A DNA stretch of 63,980 bases, filler included, from Bonamia ostreae (Eukaryota), in assembly GCA_040357525.1 (NCBI GenBank). It is 5 parts of 5 records of this genome, joined end to end, with 100 filler letters (N's around TTAATTAATTAA, not from the genome) between each part and the next. Parts side by side here need not be neighbours in the genome. Positions count along the whole stretch, not along the records: positions 55,282 to 63,980 come from JBDODL010000053.1; 4 more parts are not named here. One strand, given 5' to 3'. The position numbers were made by a program, and so were the translations under genes. Positions 59,490 to 63,980 of the stretch are shown here, one piece after another. Below the pieces are notes generated by a model that did no database searches, was not told the origin of the DNA, and saw only the letters and a list, made by a program, of their open reading frames with translations. How positions within the stretch are numbered: the first letter of the stretch is position 1; each line of letters begins with the position of its first letter.

Positions 59490-59692
59490 AAATTTGAAAT
59501 TATTACTTCGAAAAATTGATTTAGAAAATTTGCAAAACGATATTATTTTAAAATTACAAAAAATTAACTTTTAGAAAATTGATTAAAATTAACTTTTTTA
59601 TTTAGAAAATTTGAAAAATTACAAAAAGTTATGTTTTCCAATTTGCAAAAATTACAAAAAAATGATTTGAGAGTCGTAAATCGAAAATTTAT

Positions 59693-60536
59693 TTAAAAAT
59701 CGGCCAATTCGGCTTTGCGTTTAAGGTACCGCTCGCGGGCGGCGTTCAAATCCTTTTCACAGTTGCGCCTTGCGCCAAAATTCTCCTTCTTCCTATCGAA
59801 CGTTTTGATTTCGGGAAGACCATATTTTTCTTTCCATTGCGACTCCTTCGAACCCTTTCTTTCCTGATCCTTCGAAACCAGCTCCTCCGAAACCGGTTTT
59901 GCCTTCGCAGAAGCTTCCCGCTCGAAGTCTTTGTTTTCACTTTTATTTAATTTGGATTCGCCTAATTTTTCCGCGAAAAGAGCTTGTTTGAAGCGAAGTT
60001 CGCTCTCGACCGCGTTGTTCTTTTCGGTCAAGTTCTTTCGTTCCTCCTTTTCGATCTGACGCGCGAGTTTTCTGCGCTGTTCTAGGACATTGCGGTACGC
60101 GGGAGTGACCAAGACTGGCTTGTCTTTGAACAGGAAATCGTCTTTTCCTCGCTCTCGAATTTGCGACCTTTCGTAGGCCATGTCGTTTTCAGCTTTTCTG
60201 CGTTCGAGGTTTTTCTTTATTTTCGCAATGTACTTGGACTAAATTGCCAATCTCAACCTTTTTGGGGCCATTCTCTTTCTTGTCCAGCGCATTCGCGGTT
60301 CTTTTTCTTTCCAGCGACTCATAAACCTCGTCGTATTGGAACACAGTGCTGTCTTGTTCCAGCGCTTCGACGCAATTACGTCTCGCCTTTTGCAGCTTTT
60401 TGCCCGCAGTGCCGATTTTGCCGCCATCCGCCTTTCCGGACGAGCCGGACTTTCGTTTCAAAGCCGACTCGACGTTGGCCGCCGGTTCGGCGGTTTTCCG
60501 TTTGAAACTCATTCTGAAACCACCCGCTTTAGACAT
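59693..60536 (-). CDS. NSRP1: Nuclear speckle splicing regulatory protein 1 (CCDC55/DUF2040)
   Basis: ALEQDSTVFQYDEVYE, SKYIAKI, FKDKPVLVTPAY, AARERYLKRK; one 19-nt intron. Confidence 0.85.
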
Positions 60537-60617
60537 TCGACAAACTCTCAAAACTTGCAAATTTAGGCAAACTCGCTAAACACCAAAAGCCTAAAACAAA
60601 AACAAAACGAAAGTCCG

Positions 60618-63600
60618 ATGCACATAAAGAAAATAACCATCGAAGGCTTCAAATCGTACAAGGACAAGACCGAGCTCGTCTTGGACAAGGGCCACAACAT
60701 AATCGGTTCGATCGCAACTATTTTAGTCGGGAAGAACGGCTCCGGCAAGTCCAACATTTTCGCCGCGCTGCAGTTCGTCCTCGGCGACACCTTCACCAAT
60801 CTCTCCGCCGAAGAGAAGTACCGCCTCATTTACGTTTTCCCGCCAATTTTAGGAGGACAACGACAAGCGCCACTTGGCCGCCGCCGTCGAAGTCGTCTTC
60901 GACAACAGCGACAAGCGCTTCCCGCTCGCCTCCGACCAGCTCGAGATCAAGCGCGTCCTGGGCCCGAAGAAAGACGACTACTTCGTCAACCGCAAACACG
61001 CGACGTTTCCTCTCTCACCTAAAGCAAGTCCGCCGTCGACGGGCTGCTCGAGAGCGCCGGCGTCGCGCGCTCGAACGCCTATTTTGCCGTGCAACAAGGC
61101 AAGGTCGACCGCCTCATCCGCATGAACGACGCGCAGCGGCTGAGCCTGTTCAAGCAGATCGCCGGGACCAGCGTCTACGAGGCCAAGCGCGGCGAGAGCG
61201 TCCGGCTGATGCAAGACACCGCGCGCAAGAACGCCCAGATCGAGCAGATCGTCCGCGGCATCAGAGCGAGGCTGTCGGAGCTCGAGGGCGAGAAGAGCGA
61301 GTTGCTGGACTTCCAGCGCAAGGACGGCGCGCGGAGGACGATCGAGCGCAGTGTCTATCTGCGCGAGGTTTCGCTTCAAAATGGCAGAAAGAAAAATGCG
61401 CGGCGCGGTTGGAAGTCGCTTCGCGGAAGAGGCGGAGCGCGGAAGTAAATCTTGCCGAGAGCGTGTGCGAAGCCGAGGCGGCGGAGAAGGGTCGGAAGGA
61501 AGCGCGCGACGAACTCGGGCGGCTCGGCGCGGCGGGCGAAGGGCTGTCGCAGAAGATAAAGAGGAACGGCGCGCTCCGCAGAAGGCAGAGCGCCAGTCTG
61601 GTTCGGCTGGAGGCGAGGCGCGATTGGGCGAAGGAAGTGGTGTCGAAGAGCGAGAAGCGTCTGGCGGCGCTGGGAGAGTTTTTGGAGGTTGGAAAAGACA
61701 ATTTTAGTCGATGGAGAGGCGGATTGACGCAGGAGCGGAGAAGAGCAGAGAAATGGAGCGGTTTGTAGAAAAACTGGAAGACGAGAAAACAGCTTTGGCG
61801 AAAGAGCTTGGCCCTAAAAAACAAAAATTGGAGTTGCCAAATTTTATTTAATTGCAAAAAATTATCGAAAATTGCAAATTTATTTTAATTACCAAAAAAT
61901 TTATCGAAAATTGCAAATTTATTTTAATTACCAAAAAATTTATTTTAACTGAAAAAATTTATCGAAAATTGCATTTTTTAATTGCAAAAAAATTGTCGAA
62001 AATTGCAAATTTATTTTAATTATCAAAAAATTTATTGCAAATTTATTTTAACTGAAAAAATTTATCGAAAATTGCAAATTTATTTTAATTATCAAAAAAT
62101 TTATTTTAACTGAAAAAATTTATCGAAAATTGCAAATTTATTTTAATTATCNNNNNNNNNNNNNNNNNNNNNNNNNNNNNNNNNNNNNNNNNNNNNNNNN
62201 NNNNNNNNNNNNNNNNNNNNNNNNNNNNNNNNNNNNNNNNNNNNNNNNNNNAAAAAATTTATTTTAACTGAAAAAATTTATCGAAAATTGCATTTATTTA
62301 ATTGCTAAAAATTTATCGAAAATTGCAAATTTATTTTAATTATCAAAAAATTTATCGAAAATTGCAAATTTATTTTGATAAAAAAAAAGGTTTTTGCAAG
62401 CAAAATGTGGAAGAAAAGATATGTTTTCGACCAAATCGGAAAGAGACGAATTCTTGCTCAGACAAGTGAGCTCGAAAAAATTGTTGATTGAAAACGATAT
62501 CGCCAGAAAAGCATATCTGTCTAACCAACTGGACAAAATCGACTCAAATCGGATTGCGAAAAAAGGCGAAACAATCGAAAACGAAATAAAGCATCTTCAA
62601 AGCGCAATCGAAAAAGACGACGCAAAATATGTCAAAGATCTGAATTCGCGAAACAAATTTTCGTTGCAAAGAAAGTTTAACAATTTTCAATTTCAGGAAA
62701 ATTTGGAAAGAGTTGGACAAAGTGAACTCCGAAACATTAACAGTCCGCAACGTTCTTTCGAGAGCCGAATCGTCGTTGCGATATTCGATGGCCAAAGTTT
62801 TGAATCGCCACAATTTTAGGGCCAATACGATTCGATAAGGAAAATCAAAGAGTCCACCTCTGAGGGTTACAGAGGTTGTTTAAGCGAGTTGTTTACTCTC
62901 AAACACCCCAAATTCGCAAAATGCGTCGAGAAAACAGCCGGAAGCAGGCTGTTTTTTCATGTTGTCGACGACGACGAAATCGCCGCTCGACTTATCGCCA
63001 CAATCAATCGTCAAAAACTCGGAAGTTAAAACTTATTCGTGCAATTAATTGATTTAAAAATCTTTTTGTAATAAAATGCCAAAATTTTGTTTTGATAATC
63101 AAAAAAATGTTAACTTATTTTAAAATTCGAAAAATTGAAAAAAGGAACGACGGTAATGCCATTGAACAGATTGAATGCGCCGAAAGAACTAAAAATTGCC
63201 GAGGAAGACAAACAAGACGTCATCCCAATGTTGAAACAAATCGACTTCGAAGAAAAGTTCCGCCCGGCTATGGCGCAAATCTTTGGCAAAACCGTTATCG
63301 CCCGTTCTATCGACATTGCTTCTGCTTATTCCATTAAACATAACGTCGATGCCATCACTTTAGACGGTTATTCAAAATCTTATTTTCAATTTTTGACAAA
63401 ATTCGTCATTTCGATCAAATTTTTACCCAAATTTTACAAATTTGTCATTTCGATTAAATAATTTTAATATTGAAAGGCGACAGAGCGTCAAAAAGAGGTT
63501 ATTTGAGCGGCGGCTATAACGAAGGCAAAACCTCGAGATTGGAAGCGATTGCCGCGATTAAGAAAAACAGCGATGAATTGGAAACTTTGCTGAAAAAAGC

Positions 63601-63980
63601 GAATAATCTGGAGAAAGATAAAAACAGTTTTCAAACTTTTTCAAAAATTTAGCCGTCGAAATTTCCTTGGAAAGATTGACCGCAAGTCTTAATTTGCTCG
63701 AATCTGAAAAAGAACAGAGACAACGACAATTAAGAGCTGCGAAAGAAGCTCTTTTTTATTGCAAGAAAGAACTGCAAAACGCGGAAAAAGATGAATTGCG
63801 ACTCGTTTTGAAACAAAATCTGAATAAAAATAACAGAAAAAGACGATTTCTTTGTTGGAAACAACGATCGACGCTGCGAGAAAAGGAATTAAAGACGTTG
63901 AAAGCGAAATAAGTTTGCCGTTCGCCCCAAAACTCCCGAAAAACCAAATCGAAGAAATGAAAGATTTGTCGAAAATGGTC
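60618..63980 (+). CDS. SMC3: Cohesin subunit SMC3, runs off the window
   Basis: MHIKKITIEGFKSYKD, VGKNGSGKSNIFAALQFVL, FDNSDKRFP, QQGKV, KCGRKDMFSTKSERD, hinge TAGSRLFFHVVDDD, ITLDGDRASKRGYLSGGY. Confidence 0.96.
61833..62389. repeat. SMC3 intron filled with AT-rich minisatellite (contains N gap)
   Basis: tttatcgaaaattgcaaatttattttaatta(c/t)caaaaaa repeated many times between GT at 61833 and AG at 62389. Confidence 0.9.

Overview
Eukaryotic, gene-dense, mostly AT-rich nuclear DNA in the standard genetic code. It is five unrelated scaffolds joined by an artificial 100-nt N44-TTAATTAATTAA-N44 linker (14215, 28331, 42029, 55182), with six further 100-N gaps. About 28 protein genes are broken by many tiny (mostly 19-24 nt) GTT...AG spliceosomal introns, so the supplied ORFs are gene fragments. 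I spliced the genes by hand using conserved motifs. Recognisable genes: M16A insulinase, squalene synthase, MYST acetyltransferase, CCR4-like EEP nuclease, GlnRS, two tandem SLC12 cotransporters, beta-COP, FCP1, Skp1, SPCS3, DPH4, SCO1, a dynamin-related protein, NOG1, an SP-RING protein, a Rab, TAPT1, Pth, a multi-SAM protein, NSRP1 and SMC3. There are also two LINE remnants and an OTU pseudogene. Miniature introns, compaction and a conventional mitochondrion suggest a reduced protist, possibly a haplosporidian/ascetosporean such as Bonamia (inference only). Most notable: (1) the mini-intron system with 12- and 14-nt micro-exons, a probable 20-nt AT-AC intron, a GC-AG intron and minisatellite-inflated introns; (2) a recurring kb-scale C-rich to G-rich strand skew independent of gene orientation; (3) an interleaved A-B-A'-B' inverted repeat; (4) a candidate structured ncRNA; (5) unusual proteins (FHA + CHD-like + FYR, a pseudokinase, a ~7-SAM protein); (6) intron gain/loss and a conversion tract between the SLC12 paralogs.
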